From positions 17,379 to 81,378 of the forward strand of contig CAWDPB010000095.1 in the NCBI GenBank assembly GCA_963804075.1: a stretch of 64,000 nt of DNA, given 5' to 3'. The translations under genes and the position numbers were made by a program. This document shows, piece after piece, positions 50,984-63,546 of the stretch (position 1 is its first letter; each line of letters opens with the position of its first letter). Source of the DNA: an uncultured Acidobacteriaceae bacterium (GTDB lineage: Bacteria; Acidobacteriota; Terriglobia; Terriglobales; Acidobacteriaceae). Under the pieces are notes generated by a model, which did no database searches, was not told the DNA's origin, and was given only the letters and a program-made list of their open reading frames with translations.

Positions 50984-51044
50984 AAAGCACGCGTTTTCGT
51001 CCGTCATTGACAAGGGCGTAATCCATGCTGTAAGAAGGGCCGCA

Positions 51045-51995
51045 ATGACTGCTCCGCAGATTGCCATTCGCGACCTTCGCTTGATCAACGAACTCATCCA
51101 GCTCAAAGCGGTGGAGAAAGCTGTTTGGGCGATGGACGAGGAAGACGCCATCCCGCTGACTCTGGCGATTGCGTTGAAGACCGCGGGGAATATTTTTGTC
51201 GGCGCCTTTGACCAAGCGAAGGCTGCGAATCAGAAGCCTGGGGATCAGAAGGCCGGGTCAGGAGCTGCCGAGAAGGACAAGCAGGAAAAAGACAAGCAGG
51301 AAAAGGAAAAGCTGGTGGGCTTCGCCTTTGGATTCCTGGGACGCGAGCACGGGCAGACGACGATCCATTCGCACATGCTGGCGGTGCTCGATGGATACAG
51401 GCATCTGGACCTGGGCGCGCTGCTGAAGCAGGCGCAGCGCGAGCGAGCGCTGGCGATGGGAATCCACGAGATGACGTGGACGTTCGATCCTCTGCAGAGC
51501 CGCAACGCGCACTTTAATTTTGCGAAGCTGGGCGTGGTGGCGGAGACGTATAAGGTGGATTTCTACGGGCCGGAGACTTCGAGTGTGCTGCATCGCAACG
51601 GGACGGACAGGCTCTGGGTGCGGTGGATGCTCGACTCGCGGCGTGTGCGCGACCGCATCGCGGGGAAAAGCGGGCGGACGGAAACCATGGACGGGCTCCG
51701 GCTGCTGGCGCCGCTAGTGCGGTTCGATGGAAAAGGCAAGCCGGTTAGGGCGGAGCTAGGGGAAGCGCTGGGACGCGAACGCGTGGGCATTGAAATCCCG
51801 GGAGACATAATGGCGGTGGAGCAGGCCGACATGGGACTGGCCCGCGAGTGGCGCGAGGCGACGCGATGGGCGTTCCGGGAAAGCCTGAAGGCGGGATTCG
51901 TTGTGTCCGAGTACTGCCGCTCGGTGCGGGGCCAGCAGGGGCCGGGGGCGTATCTGCTGCAACGCGGGACGGCGGCTGAACTGATCGGAACGTGA
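51045..51995 (+). CDS. GNAT-fold protein of the COG3375-like family
   Basis: HSHMLAVLDGYRHLDLGALLKQAQRERALAMGIHEMTWTFDPLQSRNAHFNFAKLG. It contains a low-complexity insert, QKPGDQKAGSGAAEKDKQEKDKQEKEK. Confidence 0.6.
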   Translation: MTAPQIAIRDLRLINELIQLKAVEKAVWAMDEEDAIPLTLAIALKTAGNIFVGAFDQAKAANQKPGDQKAGSGAAEKDKQEKDKQEKEKLVGFAFGFLGREHGQTTIHSHMLAVLDGYRHLDLGALLKQAQRERALAMGIHEMTWTFDPLQSRNAHFNFAKLGVVAETYKVDFYGPETSSVLHRNGTDRLWVRWMLDSRRVRDRIAGKSGRTETMDGLRLLAPLVRFDGKGKPVRAELGEALGRERVGIEIPGDIMAVEQADMGLAREWREATRWAFRESLKAGFVVSEYCRSVRGQQGPGAYLLQRGTAAELIGT

Positions 51996-52077
51996 GAAAT
52001 CGAGAAGTGTCCCACATGGCGCAATGTGTGTATATGGATGTACATACACAGCAGATCGGCGCACATTGGTGGCGATA

Positions 52078-52135
52078 GAGATCCCTCGACTTGTCCTTGC
52101 CGCTTGGGGCGGCTCGGGCGGCGCTCAGGATGACA
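52078..52135. repeat. REP-like element (GAGATYCCTCG...GCTCRGRATGACA family), long copy
   Basis: GAGATCCCTCGACTTGTCCTTGCCGCTTGGGGCGGCTCGGGCGGCGCTCAGGATGACA. Confidence 0.5.
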
Positions 52136-52221
52136 GACTGGATACAAATTGTACTAAGTTGCGGATGTTGGTCTACAGACTTGTCGTTCGTACCGCCCGC
52201 GATCTCACTTACCTCATATCT

Positions 52222-53235
52222 CTAACGCGGGGTTAGGGCGATGTGCTGGGCGCCTTTTACGGCGCGCATGTATTGGGCGCGCTCGAAGGCGGAGGGATCG
52301 GCGCTGCGCATCTGGCACATGCTGCCTTTCATCTGCTCGACGGATTCGTACTCGTGCGCGTCCATCCACTGGCGGACGCCTTGCTCGATGGCGCGAAGGT
52401 GATCGATGCCGTTGCGAAGCAGCGTGGAGCAGAGCATGGTGACATCGGCTCCAACCATGAGCAGCTTGATAACATCCTGGGCGCCGTGAATGCCGCTGGT
52501 GGCGGCGAGGCTGGCCTTGACGCGTCCGCGGAGAATGCCGACCCATGTAAGTGGGAGGCGCATGGCTTGCGGCGTGCTCAAGAGCACGTGCGGAGCCATC
52601 TCCAGCGTTTCGAGATCGATATCGGGCTGATAGAAGCGGTTGAAGAGAACCAGTCCGTCAGCGCCGGCGGCGCCGATGCGTTGCGCCATGTTGACAAAGT
52701 TAGTGAAGAAGGGACTCAGCTTGATGGCGACGGGGATATGGACGGCGGCTTTGACGGCTTGCACGATATCGAGATAGTGCTGCTCGACCTCGGCGGAGGA
52801 CATCTTGGGATCGGTGACGATCCAGTAGATGTTGCATTCGAGGGCGTCGGCTCCGGCGTCTTCGATTTGTGTGGCGAATTGAATCCATCCGCCGACGGAG
52901 GTGCCGTTGAGGCTGGCAATCACGGGCATGTTGACGGCGTCTTTCGCCTTGCGGATGTGGTCGAGATAGTCGTCGGGGCCCAGGTGGAATTCGGAGGGCT
53001 GAGGAAAGTAAGTCAGGCTCTCGGGGAAACTTTCGGTGCCTTCGCTGAGATAGTAATCGAGTTCGAGGCTCTCCCGGCGAAGTTGCTCTTCAAAGAGGGA
53101 ATAGAGAACAACGGCGGATGCGCCGGCGTCCTCGAGCTGGCGGATGCTGGAGATCTCCTGGGAAAGAGGCGAGGCGGAGGCGACGAGTGGAGTGCGAAGG
53201 TTGAGGCCGAGATAACGGGTCGAGAGGTCGAGCAT
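52222..53235 (-). CDS. Dihydroorotate dehydrogenase-like protein (PFOR-associated)
   Basis: GGAGA plus ATG 53235 gives MLDLSTRYLGLNLRTPLVASASPLSQ, a class-1 DHOD-like TIM barrel. It lies immediately downstream of nifJ. Confidence 0.85.
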   Translation of the reverse strand: MLDLSTRYLGLNLRTPLVASASPLSQEISSIRQLEDAGASAVVLYSLFEEQLRRESLELDYYLSEGTESFPESLTYFPQPSEFHLGPDDYLDHIRKAKDAVNMPVIASLNGTSVGGWIQFATQIEDAGADALECNIYWIVTDPKMSSAEVEQHYLDIVQAVKAAVHIPVAIKLSPFFTNFVNMAQRIGAAGADGLVLFNRFYQPDIDLETLEMAPHVLLSTPQAMRLPLTWVGILRGRVKASLAATSGIHGAQDVIKLLMVGADVTMLCSTLLRNGIDHLRAIEQGVRQWMDAHEYESVEQMKGSMCQMRSADPSAFERAQYMRAVKGAQHIALTPR

Positions 53236-53249
53236 GTCTTTCTCCAAGA

Positions 53250-53431
53250 AAGCTATGAGCTATGAGCCTTGAGCTATGAGCAAGCAAAAGCAACGGTAAC
53301 AACAGCAACAACAGCAACAACAACAACAGCAACAACAACAGCAGCAACAACAGCAATGGCTAAACGGCCTTGCGCGGTGCGACTTTCATTCGCATCGGCT
53401 GAACTTGTTTCTCGTGGCTCATAGCTCGTAG
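53250..53431. repeat. Inverted heptanucleotide arrays (GAGCNNN type) enclosing a 57-nt (AAC/AGC) trinucleotide tract
   Basis: Left: AAGCTAT GAGCTAT GAGCCTT GAGCTAT GAGCAAG (53250-53284). Right: CTCGTGG CTCATAG CTCGTAG (53411-53431), abutting the nifJ stop codon. The core is 19 triplets at 53298-53354. Confidence 0.7.
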
Positions 53432-57005
<3,574 letters not shown>

Positions 57006-57236
57006 CGAAAATCTCCTCTTTCGTCCGGCGGTGGCAGGCGAGCGGGCAGGAAGAAATCTTAAGAACGCGATCCCACCCCAGGACAGCCAAACGACCGCCG
57101 TCATGACCACTATGCCGGATCAAGCGAAGCAAAGTGGCGACTTGGGTCACGGGGGGGTGTGATGGCGATCACACCGGGCAAAAGTAAGGGCGAAAACGGC
57201 GGTTTCGACTCGCCGGTTTGAGATGGTATGTCAGGT

Positions 57237-57256
57237 AATCACTGTAGATAGTGATT
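57237..57256. promoter_or_regulatory. Candidate operator palindrome in the nifJ/porin divergent region
   Basis: AATCACT GTAGAT AGTGATT has 7-bp arms and a 6-nt spacer, in an AT-rich stretch. Confidence 0.3.
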
Positions 57257-57389
57257 TGCGTCACTTTCTGGGGTAATAACCGTAGTACAATTCGCCCCCG
57301 ACTCCCGGTTGCAATTTTGGCGAACGAGTTAGGGGACCGGGAAGATGCGGTCCAAAGCAGCTTAGCGTTGCTCAAATGAGGAGGAAGGG

Positions 57390-59420
57390 ATGCGATTTCG
57401 GAGCAAGATTTTCGGCAGCATAGTTGTGTTAAGTCTTGCGTTGTTTACGGCAGCGGCATTCTGCGAAGACATGCCAGCGTCCGCGACGGCGCAGACAAAC
57501 ACGGTGGCGGCGGGCGATCCGCTGTTGCAATTGCTGGTAGCCAAGGGAGTGATCAATGCCAGAGAGGCAAAGTCACTTGTTGGAACCCCGGCGGAACAAA
57601 GAGCGAAGTTAGTAGAGCTTCTGCGGCAGAAGGGAATCCTGAGCGCGACGGATTATGAAGATCTGACGCTGCCATCGGCTTCGGCACAAGTGGCTCCGAA
57701 CCTGGTGGCATCGACCACGCCGATTCTACCGGCGGCGGTAACGCAAACGTCCTCGTCGAAGGTGGCGGAACCACCGAAGCCAACACCGCCGGCCGTGATT
57801 CCGGCGGTTGCTCCGATTCGGGTGTTCCCAGTCGATCCCCCGAAGACGGGTGGACTCAAGGGCTTAAACGTGGGCCCAATCACACTTGCGCCCTACGGCT
57901 TCATTAAGGCGACGGTGGTGCATGACAGCAGCGATCCCGATGGCGATGACTTTCCCTTTCCGGGTATATGGCTGAATTCGGCATCGACCTTTAACACGGG
58001 CTCAACGAAGGACCCCGAATTCCATGTCAAGGCGCGGTCGACGCGCTTTGGGCTCAACATGGAATGGCCGGATATTTCGAAGAACCTGACCCTGACTGGC
58101 AAGATCGAAGGCGACTTCGAAGGCAACTTCAGCGAAGTCGACAATCGCGACGTTTCGTCGATTCGGAGCAATCAGCCGCAACTGCGTTTGGCCTACGTTC
58201 GCATGGATTACCATGCCAGCGAGAAGACCGACATCTTCTTCAAAGGCGGGCAGGATTGGACGCTGTTCGGATCGGGCGCCATGATGAACATCGTGGAAAC
58301 CACTTTCAACGGCGCATTTTGGGGCAACATCTACACCCGGTCGCCACAACTGGTGGGCGGCTTTGTGCAAACGCTGAGCGAAGAGAACAAAGTCAAACTC
58401 GAAGGTGACTTTGGGATCATGATGCCGAGCACCGGCCAAATTCTGAAGCTCGGAACGCTCGGTCTCTCCGGGCAGCTTGGACAAGGCGAGCGCGAGGGCG
58501 CCGACTCCGACCGTCCCGAGTGGGAAGGCCGAGCGGCGGTGAGTTTCCAACTCGACAAGGCCAAGGGCGTGGCCCCGGCACAAATCGCTTTCGCAGGATT
58601 CCGTGCCCGGCGGACCTCGATTGCTCCCAACAGCGACTACGCCAGCGCCACTCAGTGTGCGTCCGGCGAGTACAACCTGGAGTGCTCTTTGGAAGCGGCT
58701 TTTCCGAACGGCTTTCAAGCTTCCAGCAAGATGTGGGGCGGCCAGATCGTGGCGCAATTGCCCACGCGCTGGTTCACGCTGGTGGCGAGCGCGTATAAGG
58801 GCGGCGACCTGCGCTTCTACTTCGGCGGCCAAATCAACTCCTATTTCACCGACGCAGCGGGGTTGACCGCCATAGTGGGACCTTACGGCACGTCGGATGG
58901 CGGTCCACTGGCTGCCGCCGGTGGCGCTGCCCTCGGCTGCACCGCGACACTTAATTCAGACGGTTCCTGCCCAAGCGGGAGCGCCGTGATTGCTCCGCAG
59001 AAGCCCATCCGGTCGTTTGGCGGATTCCTCCAACTTGGCTTACCGCTTTCCCGGTGGTTCAATGCCGATCCGCATGGCCACAACGCGGGCTGGCAGCTGC
59101 AATTCACCGTCGGCAAGGACCAGGTGGTGGATCGTGACCTGAATAACCCCAGCAGCAGTTTTTGCGGCTTGGGCGCTGGCAACGTTTGCAACCCCCTTGG
59201 GGCTGCCGTCAACAGCCTGGCACCATTGCCCCTGCTGATGGGTAAGTCGTTCATTGCGACCCTGAACTACAAATTCAACAACTGGTGCGCGTTCAGCCTG
59301 GAGCAGTCGATCTACGCCACCCGCGCGATGGACCACGTCAATCTCTATGAGATTGCCGGAACTGCATCGAACGAATGGCAAGATCACCGGACGGAGTTCG
59401 GGCCGATCTTTACGTTCTAG
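57390..59420 (+). CDS. Outer-membrane beta-barrel porin-like protein
   Basis: GAGGAGG, then ATG, then the signal peptide MRFRSKIFGSIVVLSLALFTAAAFC. A helical N-terminal segment and P/A/T linker are followed by alternating amphipathic strands and a C-terminal FGPIFTF (terminal Phe). Confidence 0.7.
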   Translation: MRFRSKIFGSIVVLSLALFTAAAFCEDMPASATAQTNTVAAGDPLLQLLVAKGVINAREAKSLVGTPAEQRAKLVELLRQKGILSATDYEDLTLPSASAQVAPNLVASTTPILPAAVTQTSSSKVAEPPKPTPPAVIPAVAPIRVFPVDPPKTGGLKGLNVGPITLAPYGFIKATVVHDSSDPDGDDFPFPGIWLNSASTFNTGSTKDPEFHVKARSTRFGLNMEWPDISKNLTLTGKIEGDFEGNFSEVDNRDVSSIRSNQPQLRLAYVRMDYHASEKTDIFFKGGQDWTLFGSGAMMNIVETTFNGAFWGNIYTRSPQLVGGFVQTLSEENKVKLEGDFGIMMPSTGQILKLGTLGLSGQLGQGEREGADSDRPEWEGRAAVSFQLDKAKGVAPAQIAFAGFRARRTSIAPNSDYASATQCASGEYNLECSLEAAFPNGFQASSKMWGGQIVAQLPTRWFTLVASAYKGGDLRFYFGGQINSYFTDAAGLTAIVGPYGTSDGGPLAAAGGAALGCTATLNSDGSCPSGSAVIAPQKPIRSFGGFLQLGLPLSRWFNADPHGHNAGWQLQFTVGKDQVVDRDLNNPSSSFCGLGAGNVCNPLGAAVNSLAPLPLLMGKSFIATLNYKFNNWCAFSLEQSIYATRAMDHVNLYEIAGTASNEWQDHRTEFGPIFTF

Positions 59421-59709
59421 ACCCGACCTACGCTGCAAGCGGGCTACTCATGGCCCGCTTGTGGCACCGGCCGGGTGATCGAAAGTGTCGTGCGGGTTGA
59501 TGGCACGGCTAGGGAAAAAGGGACGGGCTAGATTCGGGCGATAGCCCAGAGCTGAGTCTGTCACCCCAACCTCCTCCAACAGGAAAGCTGTTGTGCGGGG
59601 AACACCGAAAGAGCACAATGTACCGCATCTGCGGGCGCCGGCTTCCAGAATCGTTAGGGAACGCCGGTATTGTCGGATGCGTCCCATGGCGCTTTGGAGG
59701 AGTTGTTCG

Positions 59710-60474
59710 ATGAGTATGAGCAGAGTCGCGGCCGTGCTGGCAGGTCTTTCGTTGTTAACAATGTTTGCCAATGCGGCGCGGAACAACACGATACGGATCA
59801 AGGTTCTTGATTCCGAAACTCGATCCCTGGGCACTGACGATAACAACGGCGTTCCTATGAACTGCGATCAGCTTACTTTCGACGCGTATTGCCGTTCGAG
59901 CAGGACCGCACCGCTAGTGAATACTCTGCTGGTGCAGGAAGGCGAAAACCCGCCGTTTCGTATCAGTTGCACGGCGGAGTCGAAATTTTCGAAATGTACT
60001 CCTTTGCCTAGGGGCGAGACCTTTGACGCCAGAAAAGAGAAGAAGGGTGTCACTGTGTACTACCTGGATGACAAGGGCAAGGTGCGAAGCCAGCTGTACA
60101 CGCTGGCAGCGGGGGAAACAAAGGGCAAGCCTGCCGCGGCTGCGGCTCCGGCAAGCCCGATGCCGGTAACCGTGGCTCCGTCGCAGAATACGGTGCCGGC
60201 GTCCACTCAAAGAACAGCGCAGGAGCCAACGGTGACGGCAGCGGCAAGCGCCCAGCGGGAAACCGTGAAGTGCAGTTTCAGTTCGACTCCCGCGGGAGCC
60301 GAGGTCACGGTGGATGGCCGGTACGTGGGAAGCACGCCTTCGGTTCTGGGGCTGACGACGGGCACGCATGTCGTGGCCGTCTCGATGACGGGCTTTGCGC
60401 AGTGGAAACGGGAACTGACGGTGACGGCGGGATCGGAATTGACAGTGAACGCGGTTTTGGAGAAAGCGCAGTAG
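59710..60474 (+). CDS. Secreted PEGA-domain protein
   Basis: GGAGGAG plus ATG 59710 gives the signal peptide MSMSRVAAVLAGLSLLTMFANA. The C-terminal PEGA domain is FSSTPAGAEVTVDGRYVGSTPSVLGLTTGTHVVAVSMTGF. Confidence 0.75.
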   Translation: MSMSRVAAVLAGLSLLTMFANAARNNTIRIKVLDSETRSLGTDDNNGVPMNCDQLTFDAYCRSSRTAPLVNTLLVQEGENPPFRISCTAESKFSKCTPLPRGETFDARKEKKGVTVYYLDDKGKVRSQLYTLAAGETKGKPAAAAAPASPMPVTVAPSQNTVPASTQRTAQEPTVTAAASAQRETVKCSFSSTPAGAEVTVDGRYVGSTPSVLGLTTGTHVVAVSMTGFAQWKRELTVTAGSELTVNAVLEKAQ

Positions 60475-60505
60475 GGCAAGGATCCTCCCGCGAAAGGGTG
60501 GGTAG

Positions 60506-61870
60506 ATGGCAGACGCAGCGAAACTGTCGAGAGATACAAAGCAGGCGATGATCTCTCAGTTCCTGGGGTTTGGGCTCGACGCCTACGACATGGCGATGGT
60601 GGTCGTGATGGCGCCGATACTGGGCAAGCTGTTTGTTTCGCCCGGTGGCACTGCGGCCTGGCAGTACACGAAGGTCCTGCTGTTTTACTCGATCACAATG
60701 GCGGCAAGGCCAGTGGGTTCGGCGTTCTTCGGCCACTATGCGGACAAGATTGGACGGAAGAACTTACTAATTTTTACGATCGCTGGCGTGGGAGTGATGT
60801 CGGTGATTGCCGGTTTCATGCCAACCTACGCGCAAGCGGGAGCGTGGGCTTACCTGCTGTTCAGCGTGCTGCGGTTCATGATGGGATGTTTTTTCGGCGG
60901 CGAATATGCGGTCGGACATACCTTTGCGATCGAATTTGCTCCGCAACGGAAGCGCGGCCAGATTGCGGGATTCGTGCAGTCGGGATTTCCATTGGGATAC
61001 GTGTTCGCGTCGCTGGTGGTGGCGGCGATCTCGGCCATTGTCGGGGACGCCAACATGTTGAAGTACGGATGGCGGATCGCATTTGTTACGGGTGCGGTGC
61101 CGGTGCTGCTGGCGCTTTGGATCCGATCGTCGTTACACGAGTCTCCTGAATTTGAAAAAGCCAAGGCTAAAGGGCAAGTGGAAAAGGCGCCCTTCCTGAG
61201 CCTGTTTGTGCCACCGCAGCTATGGGCGTTCCTGCAAGTCTTTGTTTTTATGACGGGACTGTTCCTGACCGACTACTCGGTGTATGGCTATCTGCCAAGC
61301 ATTCTGACACTCAATGGCCGCGGATTCAGCACGACGTCGTACAGCCTGATTTATGGCTTCGCGCTGTTCATGTCGTTTCTGGGCTACAACTTTTATGGAT
61401 GGCTGTCGGACCGGACTGGCCGAAAGATCCTTACGCAATGGTATTGCGTGTTTCTGGTGCTGTTCGCCACGCCGGTGTACTACGTTCTCTACCATGCGGC
61501 GGTAGCCAAGAACATAGGCATGGCCGTTGCGGGTTGTGTGATGGCGGCCATGTTGAAGCTGGCTTGGGGCATGCTTCCCGCGTATTTGTGCGAGCGCTTT
61601 CCTACCAAGACGCGGGCGACGGGAGTGGGCTTTGGATATTCCTCGGGCGCGCTGATTGGGGCCTGGTTCAGTATCTACGTTTTGTGGGCGCACAAGATTC
61701 CGTTTGTGGCAGCCATCGAAAAGCAGGATTTGTGGTTGTCGCCAGCGGTGATTTTGACGATTGGATCGATCATGACGTTTGTAAGTCTTTTATTTTCCCC
61801 GGAAACAAAGGATGTGCATTTAGACGATGTCGGAATGCAGGAAGGCATTATAGAAAGAGCGGTTGCTTGA
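60506..61870 (+). CDS. MFS transporter (metabolite:H+ symporter-like)
   Basis: 12-TM pattern, with FGHYADKIGRKN and LSDRTGRK loop motifs. Intact. Confidence 0.9.
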   Translation: MADAAKLSRDTKQAMISQFLGFGLDAYDMAMVVVMAPILGKLFVSPGGTAAWQYTKVLLFYSITMAARPVGSAFFGHYADKIGRKNLLIFTIAGVGVMSVIAGFMPTYAQAGAWAYLLFSVLRFMMGCFFGGEYAVGHTFAIEFAPQRKRGQIAGFVQSGFPLGYVFASLVVAAISAIVGDANMLKYGWRIAFVTGAVPVLLALWIRSSLHESPEFEKAKAKGQVEKAPFLSLFVPPQLWAFLQVFVFMTGLFLTDYSVYGYLPSILTLNGRGFSTTSYSLIYGFALFMSFLGYNFYGWLSDRTGRKILTQWYCVFLVLFATPVYYVLYHAAVAKNIGMAVAGCVMAAMLKLAWGMLPAYLCERFPTKTRATGVGFGYSSGALIGAWFSIYVLWAHKIPFVAAIEKQDLWLSPAVILTIGSIMTFVSLLFSPETKDVHLDDVGMQEGIIERAVA

Positions 61871-61967
61871 TGAAAGAAGAATAAGACGGGAGCTTCATCG
61901 TTGAGGGAACGAGAGGGCGCTTCCGTTGCAGTCACCGTTCTGAAAAGGAGAAAAACTGTGGCTACTC

Positions 61968-63236
61968 ATGATGCATCTGGATCTGATCTGCAAGCTGGCC
62001 CATCTGAATCGGTGGTGGCACGTGGTGGGCGGAGTCTCCATGAACCTGGCGCTCGGCTCGTTGTACGGGTGGAGCGTGTTTGTGGCGCCGCTGGAAAAAG
62101 AGTTTCACTGGAAGCGGCTGGACACGTCGAATGTGTTCATTATTGCCGTGGTGGTATTCGCGCTGACGTTTATTGTGGCTGGCCGGTTGCAAGATAAGCT
62201 CGGGCCTTTCAAGATTTCTATCATTGGTGCGATCCTGGTGAGCCTAGGATTTTTCCTTTGCTCGTATGCCGATAGCCTGACTAAATTTTTCGTCTTTTTC
62301 GGCGTACTTGGAGGACTGGGGAACGGATTCGGGTACGCGACGCCGATTCCGGTCATGTCGAAGTGGTTTCCGGACAAGCGCGGGTTGGCGGTGGGACTGG
62401 CGGTGGGCGGAGACGGCGCCGGGTCGGCAATCTTTGGCCCGCTGGCCAATAACTACCTGATCCCGACCTATGGCTGGCGCACAACCTTTCAGATTCTGGG
62501 CGGGATCTTTTTTGTGATGACGGTATTTGGCGCATTCCTGCTGCGGAATCCACCGGCGGGATACAAGCCTGCAGGCTGGGTGCCTGCGCCGGCATCGAAA
62601 TCGGCGGCGACGACGTATGACTTCACGCCCGGTGAGGTGCTGCGCACCCCAACGTTCTATTTTATGTGGGTGGCGTATGCGCTGGGCTGCGCGGCCGGTC
62701 TGATGGTAATCAGCCAATTGGTGCCGTTCGCGAAGAGCGTGGGCATCCCGGGCACGACCTTGGCGGCGTATGGCTTGGTGGTGGGAGCGGTGGGCAATGC
62801 ATCTGGGCGCATTCTATCCGCCTGGATGTCGGACCACTTAGGGCGAATCAACGTGTTGCGGCTGATGATTGCTATCTCCATGGTGGCAATGCCGATTCTC
62901 TATTTTGTGGGCGGCAACGTAGTGGGCCTATTCGTGATGCTGTTCATAGTTTACTGGTGCTATGGCACCCAGCTTTCGGTGAACGGAGCAACGGCAGCCG
63001 ACTTCTGGGGCACCAAGAACCTGGGCATCAACTACGGAATGCTATTCACAGCCTGGGGTGTGGCTGGCCTGCTCGGTGGCCGCATCGGCGGCCTACTCTA
63101 TGACAAGTATCACAATTACCAAATGGCGTTCTACACAGCGGCTGGTCTGGCGGCGGTGGCGCTGGTGTGCGAGTTCTTAGCCAAGCGTCCGGCGATACCG
63201 CAGGCTGCGCTGGCAGGAAGAAAGTCGGCGGCATAG
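61968..63236 (+). CDS. MFS transporter, oxalate/formate antiporter (OFA)-like, possibly a monocarboxylate transporter
   Basis: NRWWHVVGGVSMNLALGSLYGWSVFVAPLEKEFHW and WFPDKRGLAVGLAVGG match the OFA family pattern. Confidence 0.9.
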   Translation: MMHLDLICKLAHLNRWWHVVGGVSMNLALGSLYGWSVFVAPLEKEFHWKRLDTSNVFIIAVVVFALTFIVAGRLQDKLGPFKISIIGAILVSLGFFLCSYADSLTKFFVFFGVLGGLGNGFGYATPIPVMSKWFPDKRGLAVGLAVGGDGAGSAIFGPLANNYLIPTYGWRTTFQILGGIFFVMTVFGAFLLRNPPAGYKPAGWVPAPASKSAATTYDFTPGEVLRTPTFYFMWVAYALGCAAGLMVISQLVPFAKSVGIPGTTLAAYGLVVGAVGNASGRILSAWMSDHLGRINVLRLMIAISMVAMPILYFVGGNVVGLFVMLFIVYWCYGTQLSVNGATAADFWGTKNLGINYGMLFTAWGVAGLLGGRIGGLLYDKYHNYQMAFYTAAGLAAVALVCEFLAKRPAIPQAALAGRKSAA

Positions 63237-63546
63237 TGGGATGGCGTAGCGGTACCGCGCGGATCTCATCCTGAGGGACCGGAAAGATTGTGGGCGCTCG
63301 CCACGCGAGCGTCCACTTTCCCAAGTCCAGCGGGACGCCGAAGCGGCTTCTGAAAACCGGGTTCACGAGGGTCGGGCAGTATTTCGCGCGAAGCCGCGCG
63401 GGGATGCAGGTCGCGAGTTAGGCGCGGCAGGGATAAGTTTATGCAGGGAGTACAGGTCTCCGGCTGATTCCTTTCTCGGATGATCCGGCGGCAGGAAACT
63501 GACTGCAAGGTAGCGCAAAAAATTCAAGAGATAAGGGGTAAGCGAT

